A DNA stretch of 64,000 nt, taken from positions 46,562,001 through 46,626,000 of the forward strand of contig OX597825.1 of NCBI GenBank assembly GCA_951406725.2. Direction: 5' to 3'. Source of the stretch: Octopus vulgaris. Taxonomy: Eukaryota. The position numbers were made by a program, and so were the translations under genes. The notes below the pieces were generated by a model. The model saw only the letters and a program-made list of their open reading frames with translations. It ran no database searches and was not told where the DNA came from. Below, piece after piece: positions 42,906-56,100 of the stretch (within the stretch, counting starts at the first letter, position 1; each line of letters begins with the position of its first letter).

Positions 42906-43300
42906 GGTGCAGGAGTGGCTGTGTGGTAAGTAGCTTGCTTACCAACCATATGGTTCTGGGTCAGTCCCACTGCGTGGCACCTTGGGCAAGTGTCTTCTAA
43001 TATAGCCTCGGGCTGAACAAAGCCTTGTGAATGGATTTGGTAGATGGAAACTGAAAGAAGCCTGTCATATATATGTATATGTATATATATGTGTGTGTGT
43101 TTGTGTTTGAACCCCAACATCGCTTGACAACCAATGCTGGTGTGTTTATGTCCCCATAACTTAGCAGTCCAGCAAAAGAGACCAATGGAATAAGTACTAG
43201 GCTTACAAAGAATAAGTCCTGGGGTAGATTTGCTCGACTAAAGGTGGTGCTCCAGCTTGGCTGCAGTCAAATGATTGAAACAAGCAAAAGAGTAAAAGAG
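42906..43300 (+). mobile_element. tRNA-derived SINE (full length)
   Basis: GGTGCAGGAGTGGCTGTGTGG A-box head, B-box-like region and same body and tail as 30318. Confidence 0.82.
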
Positions 43301-45173
43301 TATGTACTCAATGCATGAAGCATCATTATTGGGCTGAAGGCGCATTGAAGAGCCCTCCACAGGAGCTAGCTGATTATGTACAAACATGCTTGTTCATTAT
43401 ATCTGAATTTACTGCAATGTAATGATGTGTTGGAGTTTAACAACCTGTTTAATGACCTGTTACAAATTTATTACCATGGATATATTTTGTGATGTTTAGA
43501 CATCGATTCTCACTCTTTGTCTTTCGCTGTCTCTTTGTCTTGACATTGCATTGTATATGTAATTGAGCATCACCCATCATACAAGTGGTGTCATTAATTT
43601 CCAAACTTTTGTGAAAACATGACCAACCAAGGAGAAATATTTAGCTTACTTGGAAACATGTGAGAGTTGGTGACAATGAAGAGTGTTCAGCCATAGAAAA
43701 ATGTGTTTCAATAAATTTCATCTGACCCATGCAAACATTAATAAATGGATACAAAAAATGAGGATGATAATGATGAAATGAAATCATTACACAGCCTATG
43801 TGATTAAATGCAGAGTAGACTTGTATCTAAGCACTCCAAATAGCATAGAATTTAGTCAAAATGTTTGAATTCTGATGGACATTTATAAGTATGTAATATA
43901 TTAGCAATCATTTATGGAGACAGTTTGCACTTTTTAATCACAACATTACATGTGGGCCTGAAAATACCTGGTTTTTACCTTTCAGGCTTCACCAGTAATA
44001 TGGGTAAATCTAGAGATAATTATCCAAAATGTTGATAAAAATGGGATATAAGTTAATCCTAAGATCCCTTTTCAGTAACAATAAATAATATCCTATATTA
44101 TTGCTTTCAACTATAACAGCTGCTATTATTATTATGGCAGGGTGGTGGATACATACAATAATTTGAGCATCAGACAAAATCACAGTCTCCTACTCCCTGA
44201 ATTCAAATCATGGTGAGGTCAACTTTGCCTTTCATCTCTCAAAAGCTGATAAAAATAACATATCAGTCAACTACTGAAGTTAATTTAATTGCTTGTACTG
44301 CAACACTAAAAATAACATCTGCTACTCCCTTCACCCATCTTAGTTTAACTCTTCTTAGAATTGTTAATTTGAGCTTTGGAGGGTTTTTTTTTCATACAAG
44401 AATACAAAAAAAAAAAAAAAAAGAAAAAACTGCAGGCTGTAAACCAGCTCAATTAGCTAACCAATTTGCATTGATTTATGATCTGTTATAAGTAGCAGCC
44501 AAATCATTTTCAAATTACACTCTACTATACTAAAAAGATGCACTAGATAATATCATAAAACAGAATATTTCAAAGGAAACTGTTTGGTCAGGGATAGAAT
44601 ACCTATAATCATAGACTTTTTCATCAGGGGTGAATGGGAAGAAAATAACGACAGAAAATTCTATCAAATGGATAAGAATAAAACTTAATTTTGGAATAGT
44701 TTTACTTAAACTATGGAGCAAGCAATACTGTAATTCAAAATTAGTGTTTCTTTATTTTAGATACTGTCCATATGGCAAAGTTGTTTGAACAATGGATAGA
44801 TAGTCATTGTGTATTTGTTCTGGCTCTCTGCACACTGAGTTCAAATCTTAGTAGAGTCAACTTTGCTTTTATATTTTCAGGTTTGATAATTGAGTACCAG
44901 TCCTGGACTAAGGCATGAGTTTTCTCTTTCTCTATCTCTTTTCTTTCTTTTTGTCTCACTCTCTTTCTGGAATAAATGGGTTTTGTTCAGATCAAGGGAT
45001 GGATAGTCTCTATCAGGTCTAAAAATGTCCAAGGCATATTGTATATCATAACAGTTCTCTACTGACTTCATCAGGAGCTGAAGGCCTTTGGCATGGTATG
45101 GTACAGCACATTCTAGATATGTTCAAACATTTCAATAATAAAGGCATATAAAAAAATTCTTCCATTTCTATAG

Positions 45174-45272
45174 AATATCCATGTTCCAAAGATGATCCAT
45201 GCAGCTGTTATAAAGATGGTTTCACACATCCATTGGATGGATCAGGTCACAAAATGGGAAGCTCTAAAAAAG
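45174..45272 (+). CDS. M13 metallopeptidase, exon f (NIHVPKMIHAAVIKMVSHIHWMDQVTKWEALKK)
   Basis: TAG/GTAAT boundaries, 99 nt, phase 0/0. Hallmark WMD..TK..A..K motif. Confidence 0.9.
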
Positions 45273-45771
45273 GTAATATATGTAATTCTATTTTTAATTC
45301 ATTTAATTCTAACCTTAAGTCTATTAATGATAATGACATTCATATAAGATATTAAATACAAAAGTTTAAAATTTGTAAGTTTTTTTTACAATATTTCTGT
45401 AGAAAACCATTATGTAAACTGATGAATATTTGGTGATCATTAGATTTATTAAATATGGTTTAAATATTTCAGTCCATGTTAAAATATATTATTATCTTTG
45501 TCATTACACCCAATAAAAAAAAATCTTACTCAACCTGATTATGCTTCAACTTGCAGCTATCAACCACCGTCCTTTTCAGCCATTGTCCCTAACACAACTG
45601 TATGATCTATTCCCTCAAAACAAAAGTAATTGATTTTTATTCATACTACAAAATCACATGGGAATATATGAAATTTTTGTGTAAATTGAAACAATATCTG
45701 CAGCATATGGAATGTGCTATGTATATAGATCATAGCGAAATATTTAGCTAGCTATTTCAAAAATTTTATTA

Positions 45772-46978
45772 TGAGGTGCATTCAAAAAGTATCTGACTTT
45801 ATTTTTCTCCACCAAAACTAATGCCACATGGGAAAAACCCTTTGGGTGGGAGGTGATACCACCCATTCTGCACATGCATGAACATTTTCATGTTTGTAGT
45901 CTGCATCAGTTTCCGGCTGTTACACCTAGATTTCCTTTTGTCACAAGATGACCAAACATAGAGATATTGCATCAAATTTTGTCAAAAGCTTGGTGGTACT
46001 CAAGCTCAAACCATCCAGAAGATTCAGCTGGTTTTTGGCAATGATGCCATAGGCAAAACTCAGGTTAAAGTGTGGTACAACTGTTTCAAGCAAGGCCATA
46101 CCTCAGGGAGGCCATCCATAAGCCAAAACAAAGAGCCAATTGAGAAGACTTAGCGAATAGCCACAGGAAACCATCGTGTAACAATCCATGGCTCATGAAG
46201 TGGGAAGAAGCACAGGATCAGTGCATTCTATTTTAATGGAGGATTTGCGCTTGCAGAAAGTGTCAACAAAATTTATCCCCAAGGTGCTGGCAGAGCACTC
46301 ATGACATTCTGGACTGTGCAAATCATGACCCAAACTTCATGAAGGCCATCATCATTGGTGATGAGACATGGGTTTATGGTTTTAATGTGGAAACCAAGTT
46401 CCAGTCCTCCCAATGGAGGCATCCATCATCACCAAGGCTCGAAAGAGGATGACAGGTTTGTAGCAATGTGAAGGCAATATTGACCTGCTTCCTTGACTTC
46501 CATGGCATTGTACATCATGAATATGCACCAAAAGGCCAAACAACCAATAAGGTTATGCATTGCCTTCTTGATGCTGTGCATCTAAATTAGGACATGTGAT
46601 TCATGAAGAATTGACAACTTCATCACGACAATACTGCTTGTTCCACCCACATAATCCAAGCTCTTCTGGTCAAGAACAGTACACCACTTGTTCAACAGGC
46701 TCTCTACTCTCTCAACTTGGCACTGTGTGACTTCTAGCTCTTCCCCAAACTGAAAACTATGCTGAAAGGGAAGCAATTTGAGTCACAAGAGGAAATTATG
46801 AGAAAAGCAATGGCGGAGCTCCACATCATTCCATTGGTGTTCCAGAGGTATTGCTAGCAGTGGCACAACCACTGGGAGAAGTGTGGGAACTCTCAAAAGG
46901 CTTAAATGAAATTTGCGAAATATACAAATTTTTTTTTTTTTTATACTCAAAGGTTGGATACTCTTTGAATGCACCTTG
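45772..46978 (+). mobile_element. Full-length decayed mariner (DD34D-type) transposon
   Basis: TA|TGAGGTGCATTCAAAAAGTATC ... GATACTCTTTGAATGCACCTTG|TA TIRs. Motifs IIGDETWVY, LHHDN and LALCDF*LFPKLK with stops. Confidence 0.9.
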
Positions 46979-47122
46979 TATAGTGGTGTAACAGCATCAA
47001 ACTAATATCACCTAAATAAACCACACTTTTTCTAAATTACAACTTCAATATATATTGATTCTTCTGTTGCTCATGATAACAAAATTGAAAATATTGGTGT
47101 TATAAAATGTATATATTTTCAG

Positions 47123-47188
47123 CTCTACAGCATGTTGCAAATGATTGGTAGTGATGAAAACCTTAGTGCAGACCCCTTTATCGAGCAG
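47123..47188 (+). CDS. M13 metallopeptidase, exon g (LYSMLQMIGSDENLSADPFIEQ)
   Basis: ttttcAG/GTAAC boundaries, 66 nt, phase 0/0. Occupies the position of neprilysin RIGYPD. Confidence 0.8.
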
Positions 47189-48118
47189 GTAACATATATT
47201 TTTTTTATAGCAACTGAAATTTTAGCTTTTGTTATGAGATATTCAATTTTAAAGAAATATTCATAATGAAATTAGGTATTCTCATTTTTAGTATTAGTTG
47301 CAGTTCTCTTTCTCTATACTGATAATATTGTTTGGCTGATAGAGAAATCTTTACTTAACACACTTCAACAATTTACTCATTGTATAAATATGTTTTATAT
47401 CTGTATTTTCAATCTCTTCACCAGCACCTAAACTTGCTGAGTTTATGGAAGTGCCACCTATTTTCAAAGCAAGAACATATCTTATCAGTTCTGTTCATTC
47501 TAGTGTCTAATACTTATAAGTTATATAATTTACACAATTTTCTGTTGTTTTTCCTCTGGTTTCACCCACCTCTCTCCATTGATTCTACCTGTCATTGTCT
47601 TTCTCCCCATTGATTTGACCTTTCATTCTTATCTATTTTCTTCAACTATCAATTGCCTTCCATGTATTGTCATAGTGTTGGAAAATGGCTTGCTGTATTT
47701 ACTTCAACTAATTATGGTATGAGTTAAAATCCTGTCAAACTCAGCTTTGACTTTCATCCATCCAGGGTCAATAAAGTAAAGTACCAGCCAAATACTGGGA
47801 TTGATGGAACTGACTAGTCCCTCCCCTTAAAAACTGCTGGCCTTGTGTCTATATTAGATGTAGTCATTATTATTACCATCATGATAGTTTCATGCAAGTT
47901 TCTAGTACATGATATGGTATACCTTCATATTCCTGAGGAATATGCAGCACTATGTTATCTTGTTTTTGTTGGGGTTCAAGAAGTATATACTTCATATACT
48001 GTGCTGAATCACTTTGTTTTGCTATGGCATTTAACCTGCTGTTTCTTGTTTCAAATTAAGGTTTGTTCTGTTGTGTAGTATTGTATGTGTAATGTGAGCT
48101 GTGTTATTTTATTGGGTA

Positions 48119-49255
48119 CTAGCAGTATCGCCCGGCGTTGCTCGGGTTGTAAGGGAAATAACTATATAAGCATTTTTAGAGAGTTATAGCCAAAAAGTAG
48201 CAAAAAAATGCATTAAAAATTGAAAAAAAATTAAGGTAAATTTTTCTTTAAATCGTTGACACATCGTAGATATTTTTAGAGAGTTACTTCCCTTATATAA
48301 AAGCGAAAAAATGCATTAAAATGGAAAAATATGATGGTAATTTTTTTTTAAATCGTAGACTCATCGTAGACGCGCGCTAATACCCAGAAGGGCTCGTTTG
48401 TTATTCTGGGTAACTTTCTGTAAAATTATTAAAATTTTGTTCAAACATCGCTATAGAAAATGGGTTATTAGCTAATATTCAATTGGGTATACAACAAAAT
48501 TTTACGATAGAATTTGTTATTCTGGGTAACTTTCTGTAAAATTATTAAAATTTTGTTCAAACATCGCTATAGAAAATGGGTTATTAGCTAATATTCAATT
48601 GGGTATACAACAAAATTTTACAATAGAATTTGTTATTCTGGGTAACTTTCTGATACCCATAATAATATTTATGGCAAAATAGGCCTTAATTTCATTTAAG
48701 ATTGTGGGAAATAACAAACTATCCTTTCTTTCGGTTTGTTTACGTTTAGCGTAATGATTTCAAATAGGCTCATTCGAAAAAGTAAATAGAAATAGTCTAA
48801 GGCTTTACTCTTCTGGGAAAGTCAGTGGCTTGGTCCAGTTTCTTCAGAAAACTCACCGAAAGAAACAGTTTTTAAATTTTCACTCCATTCAGGTACCAAT
48901 TCGTTTTCTTTATCGCTGTCGGTTTCACTGTTTTCACTTTAATAGCTGCCAACTTGCAAAACAAAGGAGGAGAAGGGTGATAGCGTCAGTGAAACAATTC
49001 GCTCCCTTTGTGTGTGTGTGCGTTTGCGTGTGGTGTAAACCAGACTAAGAAAAACATTTGACACGCACACCAGAATGTGAGTTTTCTGTAAATTTTGCTT
49101 AATTGGAGTTTAAATTTTAAAAACTGGACCTGGCATGACGCGATGCATTGTACTCTTAAAATTGCTAGGTAAATTGTAATTGAAGAAATCCTATATTGTA
49201 GATTTGTATAACTCCCAAAGGGAGGCAGATAAAATCTGCCTTTTATAATAAGAGA
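48119..49255 (-). mobile_element. Non-autonomous Helitron carrying a captured piggyBac segment
   Basis: Minus strand A|TCTCTTATTATAAAAGG ... CCCGAGCAACGCCGGG hairpin ... CTAG|T. 48397-48940 is the reverse complement of parts of 17740-18162. Confidence 0.8.
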
Positions 49256-49949
49256 TAAACCTTGTAAACTGGATATTTTGTGTTGTATTTTGTTTGATGC
49301 TTATTTTATAGAGTGTGTGTTGTATATGAAAATTGTTCAATTTGGGCTATGCTCTTGAAGTGAAGATTGTTCTATTTGAGCTATGCACAAGATAAGGACT
49401 GTTACTAACAGAAGTATTTTTGAACTGTGTAATTTTGTGATCCTTGTTATTGTTTCAGTGTTTTTATTCACATTTTTAACAAACCTAATGCCCCAATTTT
49501 ATTGGTTTCATTATCACTATCTTGAATATTTCAGTTTCAAGATTCTTGTATTTTGACAGATTTCCCATTTCATTTAAGCAATATTTTGTAGAAGGGAGTG
49601 TGATGTCTATTAGTGTATTTTTTCCCTCATTCATTGATTATTAAGTCTGGATGATATGTCTTGATCTCTTTGCTATTTTGGAAGGGCATATCCCAAATGC
49701 TTGTAGCAAGCTCATATACATGTTTATACCATTTGTCTGTTTTCACATGAAATTGTTAGTATAATTCCCAGAGGATTTCTTCTTCTTCTCTTCCAGTTTG
49801 ACTCAGGATTGGTCTTATTCCTGGTAGAATTTATGCATGTAGTGAGTTATTACCTGTAGCTTTAGATATCCATATGATTTCAATGGGCCCTTCAAGTGCT
49901 CAAAAGCCTTCTAATGATTTTTCCTGTTCCTAAGAAGCAAACCTTCTGT

Positions 49950-52330
49950 AGAAACCGTACAGAACATTCCACTCGAATCTCCTTTAACTATTTGTCTGTC
50001 GTTACTCACAGTCCCTAGTGCACTAATTATTACAAGTACAACCTTTACATATTTCATATTCCAAATCCATGCAATCTCAAATTTTAAGGAATTGTATTTT
50101 TTAACTTTTCATCTTCTTTCTTCACAATCATGGAATAAAATGGACATGATGGATCAATTAGTAAGCAAGTTTGCTTTTCCCTGTCTATTATTGTTATATC
50201 CAGCTTGTTATATTCTACCTTCTTATCTGGATTGGAAAATCCCATAAATCTTGCATTTTCTTTTACTCAAGTACACTTTCAACTTGATAATTATACCAAT
50301 TACCTTCAGCTTCAGATGTCCATTTCTGACAATGAAAATCTTTCACAACTTGGTCATGTCTGCTTCTTATATTCTCCCTGGGCCAAGTTGAGGAGTTCTG
50401 CAACGTGTACTACTGTTTCATCCCAAATTCCACATACTCTACATTTTGCTGATATCTTCTCCCCACACACTTATTTTCTTATGCTGTTTGTTGGCAGCAC
50501 TTGATTTTGAGCAGCTATAAGAAGGCTCTCTGTTCCTTTTTTTTCAGCCAAGCCTATGCTTTTATTTCACATACATCCTCAGTGGCTTTCCAAAATTGAC
50601 CATGCAAAAGTTTCTCATCAATCTGTTTAACATGTTCTGTTTGAAATTCATTCTTGTTCTTTTCTTCAATTCCACATTTGATCATCTGTTCTTCATTCAC
50701 TGCCTTTAGTAATTTGTCTGTACTGTTCTGTAAATAATCTAGTATGCCATTTTGTTCCATCTGCACACATTCTTTCACACTGATTAAGCCTCTTCCACCC
50801 TGGTCTCTTTAAGTACAGCTGGTTAATATCAGATTTTGGGTGGTAAGCTCCATACATAGTCAACTGCTTTCTAGTTTTTCTGTCAAGTTCCTGTATATCA
50901 CTTTTTGTCCAATCCTCAATGCTAGCAACCAGTACTCTTGAATTTATTGCTTCAATAACATTTTTTGAATTCAACCTTGACTAATATTTTCTTCATTCTC
51001 TTTGTATATTCCTGGCATGCAATTTGCTTCTTCTCTTCATGTTTTATTTCATCTGCCCCCAGTTTTCCCAAATATCTATACCACTGTCCTTTTTCAACTG
51101 TTTTCATCGCTTTCCCATATAGCATTTCAGTTCCTTGACTTGCTTCATATTTTTCCCTTTTCATTATCAATATAGTGCACTTTTCAATCTCAGGTTCCAC
51201 ACTACATCATTTGATAAAATGCAAACAGTAAGTTTTTACATAAAGCTTTATATCATCTATAAAAAGATAATTTATCTGACCACACCCTTTTCCCAAATCA
51301 TAAGATATTTTAACTTTCTGTAATATCAAACTGAGTAGTATTATGGTCCATACAAATAGTAATGGAAATAAGCTATCACCTTTGAATTACCACATCTGAT
51401 GTTCACCTTTCTAAGTCTTTGTTTTCCTCCAATTGCTTCTGCACTCAGTGTTTCATACTTCGTTGATCATTTCCCCCATATTTTCTGCTGCTCTAGACAT
51501 GCTTATTGGCTTAGTTATCCAACTGTGTGCTACTATGTCATATGCTTTTCTGAAATCCAGCCATGCTACATTTAATCCTGTCAATTTGCATCTGCAATTT
51601 CTAATTATCATTCCATCAATAAACAACTGGTCTTTAGTTGCCATACTTTGCTTCCTGCAGCACTTCATTCATTGGAAGTAAATTGCTATTTTCAAGACAA
51701 TGATATAACTTTTCTGCCAAGACACCAGCCATAAGCTTCCACATAAGTGGTAAAAAGGTTATAGGTGAAAAATTTGACACCAATTTACCTTTCAAAAGAT
51801 CCTTAAGACATAATAACATTCATCCACTTATGTCCCTACTGCAGGCATTCATCAAGGTGTTCAATGATCCCTTCATGCAACTATGTAAAATCCTTCAGCC
51901 AGTAAGCTTATACTCCATTCAGGCTTGGTCCTTGCTGATTTGGTATTTTTTCTCAACTTCAGTCTCACTGAGTACAGATTGTTTCTGAAGTCTTTTTGTT
52001 TCAGTACAGTTGCAAGTTCTCTCTTCACCTGTTTTAGCTATTCTCTGCTTACTTTATGTCTCACTGGCCTGTTTCAAAGTTATCCTCTAAACACTTTACT
52101 TTCTTCCACGTCAGGAATCACTTTCTGATGTTGTTTCCCATCTAATTCTTCAAAAAGATGCCTTCTGTTTGGCTGAACAACAACAGCAACATTACCACGA
52201 CCCTCCTCTCCATCAGTAGAATGGATATGCATGAAGTAAAGCCATACAATGAACTTTGATTGCATTTCAGACAACTTAGCAATATCCAATTCTGCTTTCC
52301 TATAAGGAAATCATTCCTTGCTCATATTTT
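49950..52330 (-). mobile_element. Decayed R4/Dong-clade (RLE) non-LTR retrotransposon
   Basis: [53 protein letters not shown] and IAAQNQ motifs, a zinc-knuckle remnant and a DI.IID..C.LID endonuclease-like motif. Many stops and frameshifts. Confidence 0.85.
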
Positions 52331-52589
52331 CACTGCAACTAGTAACATACTATCAGTAACATATATACAAGTAATTCAAACTAAAACTTACTGATGTCAT
52401 CCACTTATGATGATTGTTTTGTGTAGAAATTTATGGAAAGACTGTGCATTCTCCAGCAAAAAATTCCTGACTAAAGTATGAAAACCTACAGCCCATAACA
52501 TAGTGCTCTTATTTGTTGTTGTAACTGATGAAATGTAATAAAATTTCATTAAATTGTTAAACTTTAAATATATTTTTTTTAAAAATTAG

Positions 52590-52690
52590 TTTCAGTTCAA
52601 TGAAAACTTCATGAGTAACTTGTTTACAATTGACAAATATAAATTTATACAAACATTCAGTAAACTGAGAGAAATTAATTCAAGAGGAAG
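52590..52690 (+). CDS. M13 metallopeptidase, exon h (FQFNENFMSNLFTIDKYKFIQTFSKLREINSRG)
   Basis: TAG acceptor (alternative in-frame CAG 6 nt downstream) and GTAAGT donor, phase 0/2. Resembles neprilysin YFEN...KKLREKVD. Confidence 0.85.
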
Positions 52691-52819
52691 GTAAGTAATA
52701 TCTAAAAGTTTTTTTAGTTGATAATTTATCTTTGTCTTGTATTAATATTGACATGGAATAGCTTGTGTAAGACATACTAGATCTATCTTCAGATATACAC
52801 ACTAATTTTGTGTTTCACT

Positions 52820-52994
<175 letters not shown>

Positions 52995-53981
52995 AAAAAT
53001 TTGGTGTGAATTAAGTGAGATTTAATTCCATAATCTACATTCCCATATGATTGTAAGCTTGTATGGCATGTATTTATTTTATCAATGTCTATCTAGGAAA
53101 TCTGAAAGACATATTGCATTGAGATTATCTAAAGCATATGAGTATTTAAGAAAGTCATAAATCTAAAATAATTATCATCAGATAATTATTTTATCTGCGT
53201 CACTTTTCTAGTTGATACTTTGTCATGACTGTCAACTCTTTTGACATGAAAAACATTAGCACTGAACTGACTGCTTTGTACCTAACTGGGTTTTAGATTG
53301 AGGACACTTTAAAGTAGTTAAAAAGGAAGGAAACAAAATTAACTTTAAAGTCCTATTAAAATTTATGAAGGTAATTGTTTCTAACTAATCCTTTTGTGTA
53401 CCAAAATATTTTCAAATTCACAAAATATAATACTTAGTTATTTTAAGCAATATATAACATGTCTGTACAATTTCTCAATAACATCTTCTCTTCTTGGCAG
53501 AGTGACTAACCAAATAAATTATATTTTATTTAGAATACTTCAAAATGGAGAAACAATCTGCTCTTCTTACCAAAGGAAATGTATTTGTGGTAAAGAACTA
53601 GTAGCATATTAATGATATTTCTTACATTAATGGAGTTTGCCTCATTACTTTTATATAACTAAAACGACAACGACAACGTATTAATAAAATTTAGTTTAAA
53701 AGCTTGCATATTTCCTTGCTTTCCAATATACAAAGAAGCACCATGAAAATCTTTTAAATTAGGTTCTGAATTTTCTGGAACTGGCACTGAAAATGTATTT
53801 TATGAAAACTTTAAATTAACATATCAAAACTATAAAAGTATATCTTTTATTTGCAACCATATCAGAATTAAAAAAGGTGATGAAGTGGATGAGTTGATCA
53901 GAATTGAAACTCCAATGATTATTCTTTAGAAAGACTTCATTTCTTATTCAAACAATAACAATATTACAGTAATAATAATAA

Positions 53982-54285
53982 TCATCATCATCGTTTAATG
54001 TCCGTGTTTCATGCTGGCATTTGTTGGACGGTTTGACTGAAGTCTGAAGAGCCAGTGGCTGCACCAGGCTCCAATTTTGTCTGGCAATGTTTCTACAGCT
54101 GGATGCCCTTCCTAACGCCAATCACTCTGAGAGTGCAGTGGGTGTTTTTTATGTGCCACCAGCACAGGAGCCAGTCAGGTAGGCCTGGCATCGATCTTGT
54201 TTGGATAGTGCTTTTCACATGCCACCAGCATGGGAGCCAGTCAGGCAGACCTGGCATTGACCATGTTCAGATGGTGCTTTTTACA
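53982..54285 (-). mobile_element. SINE with RTE-type tail
   Basis: Same family as 3597 and 21575. Confidence 0.7.
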
Positions 54286-55230
54286 AGCTGAATAATTCAT
54301 TTGCAATATGAAATATACAGGCATCTTTATAATTAACCTATCACTAAAAATGAAGTCATTGTGTATTTCCATTTAATGCTAGCTTTAAGTTTTTAGTTTT
54401 CTGTTCAAAAATAATATTGCTTTAAAAATATAAGCATTTGTAAGAGAACTAGATTATAATCAATACACACCTGAAAATTACTTTATTGATTATGGGGGTA
54501 GGGATTTGAAAGTATAAAGTTAATTATGGCAGAATTTGGACCTAGAATATAGAGGAATGGAGCTAAATACTATAAAATATCTAATGCAGCACTCTACCAT
54601 TTCCACTTATTCCCCACTTTCTCTGGAAAAATATTATTAAAATATTATTGGAAAGATGTCTTCTATTTGGCTGATAAATGACTGGTAAAATTATGAAGTT
54701 GCTACTTCCATTGGATTCTGATGCTTTTCTTGCATATGTCATTGGAAAGATTGTAAAAATAATTATTTCAAATTTTGTTGGGTAATGACCAAAAGAGTAC
54801 AATTGCAACTACATGTGGCTGAAATATTCCTCAAAAAAATTCTATGGAGTAAAATGTTTAGAGATGAAGCTGCTACTTCTCCACATTGAGAGGTCACAGC
54901 TCTGTTACTACAGGCATGTGACTAGAATATTGCAGGAAAGAACTTGTAAGAAGCATTCTTCAAGCAGAACCAATTGACAGGAAACCTAGGTCTAGACTAA
55001 GAATGAAATGGTTGGATAATGTTCATAGTGTCAGTTGGTCATGCATAGAAAGTGTAACAATAGTTGCTTCTGATAAGACACTATGGAAGAAGTGCATGGC
55101 ACTCCCAAGAATAGTGGTTAGGGATGACTGGATGGAAATTTTGTCAAAAAAATTTGTTATTGCAGTTGTGAAATTCTTATTTGGAAAAGTTTCTTTTTAT
55201 TTACTATTTATTTTCTTTTTCTTTATGTAG

Positions 55231-55295
55231 ATGGTCATTGGATTCCCATCCTTTTGAAATAAAAGCGTTATACACACCTGAGCAGAATTCTATTT
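55231..55295 (+). CDS. M13 metallopeptidase, exon i (WSLDSHPFEIKALYTPEQNSI)
   Basis: Strong polypyrimidine/TAG acceptor and GTGAGT donor, 65 nt, phase 2/1. Aligns to neprilysin W....VVNAFYS..RNQI. Confidence 0.88.
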
Positions 55296-56100
55296 GTGAG
55301 TTGATATTGATGGAATTTGTTATCCTGAAATTCTAAATAAGAGTGTAAGCTTAAGATTTTACAATACAGAAATGGAATCATTCTGTATTATAAAATTCAT
55401 TCATACCTTTCTTAACAGTGCAAGTAAAGCAAAGTGACTCAATAAGAAATTGAAACCAGATCCTAACAAGGATTCATCAAGAGCTTCTTTATAATGATCA
55501 TGTCATAATTCATGCAAATATTTTTTTTATACTAATCTTGAATGATATCACTCTTTTTTTATGCAAATGTGAAAAATTTAGTGCAAGGTCATTTTTAACA
55601 AATATTCTAAAGGTTATCTTTATATATATAAAACTGAGAATGTGTGTCTGTCTGTCTGTTTGTGTGTTTCCCTAAAACTTGAGAACTACACAACCAATTT
55701 CATTCAAATTTTACACATGCCTTACTTAGGGTCCATGTAGTTTCATGGGGAAAATGTTCAACTTCTTGCCCGGAGCGAGCCCATAGCAATATCATATCTT
55801 CTCCACTATTTCAGTATTACGTGTTAAAAGTGAAACAAAAACATTTCTCTATTTTATGTCAGATACTTTCACTTTAACAATAAAAATAATAATAACAATT
55901 GAATTATATGTAGTAAGTAATAATTAAAATCAAACTAAATTATAATATAATTGTAACATAACAAAAGTAAAAATAGCAATTGGTATAAAATTGCATCAAT
56001 GACTTGAACTTGAATAAGTGGTTTCACATGAATGGGAATAAATTAAAAATAAAATCAGCATGCAGAAATGGAATAGTCCAGATGGATAATAAAAAATTGA

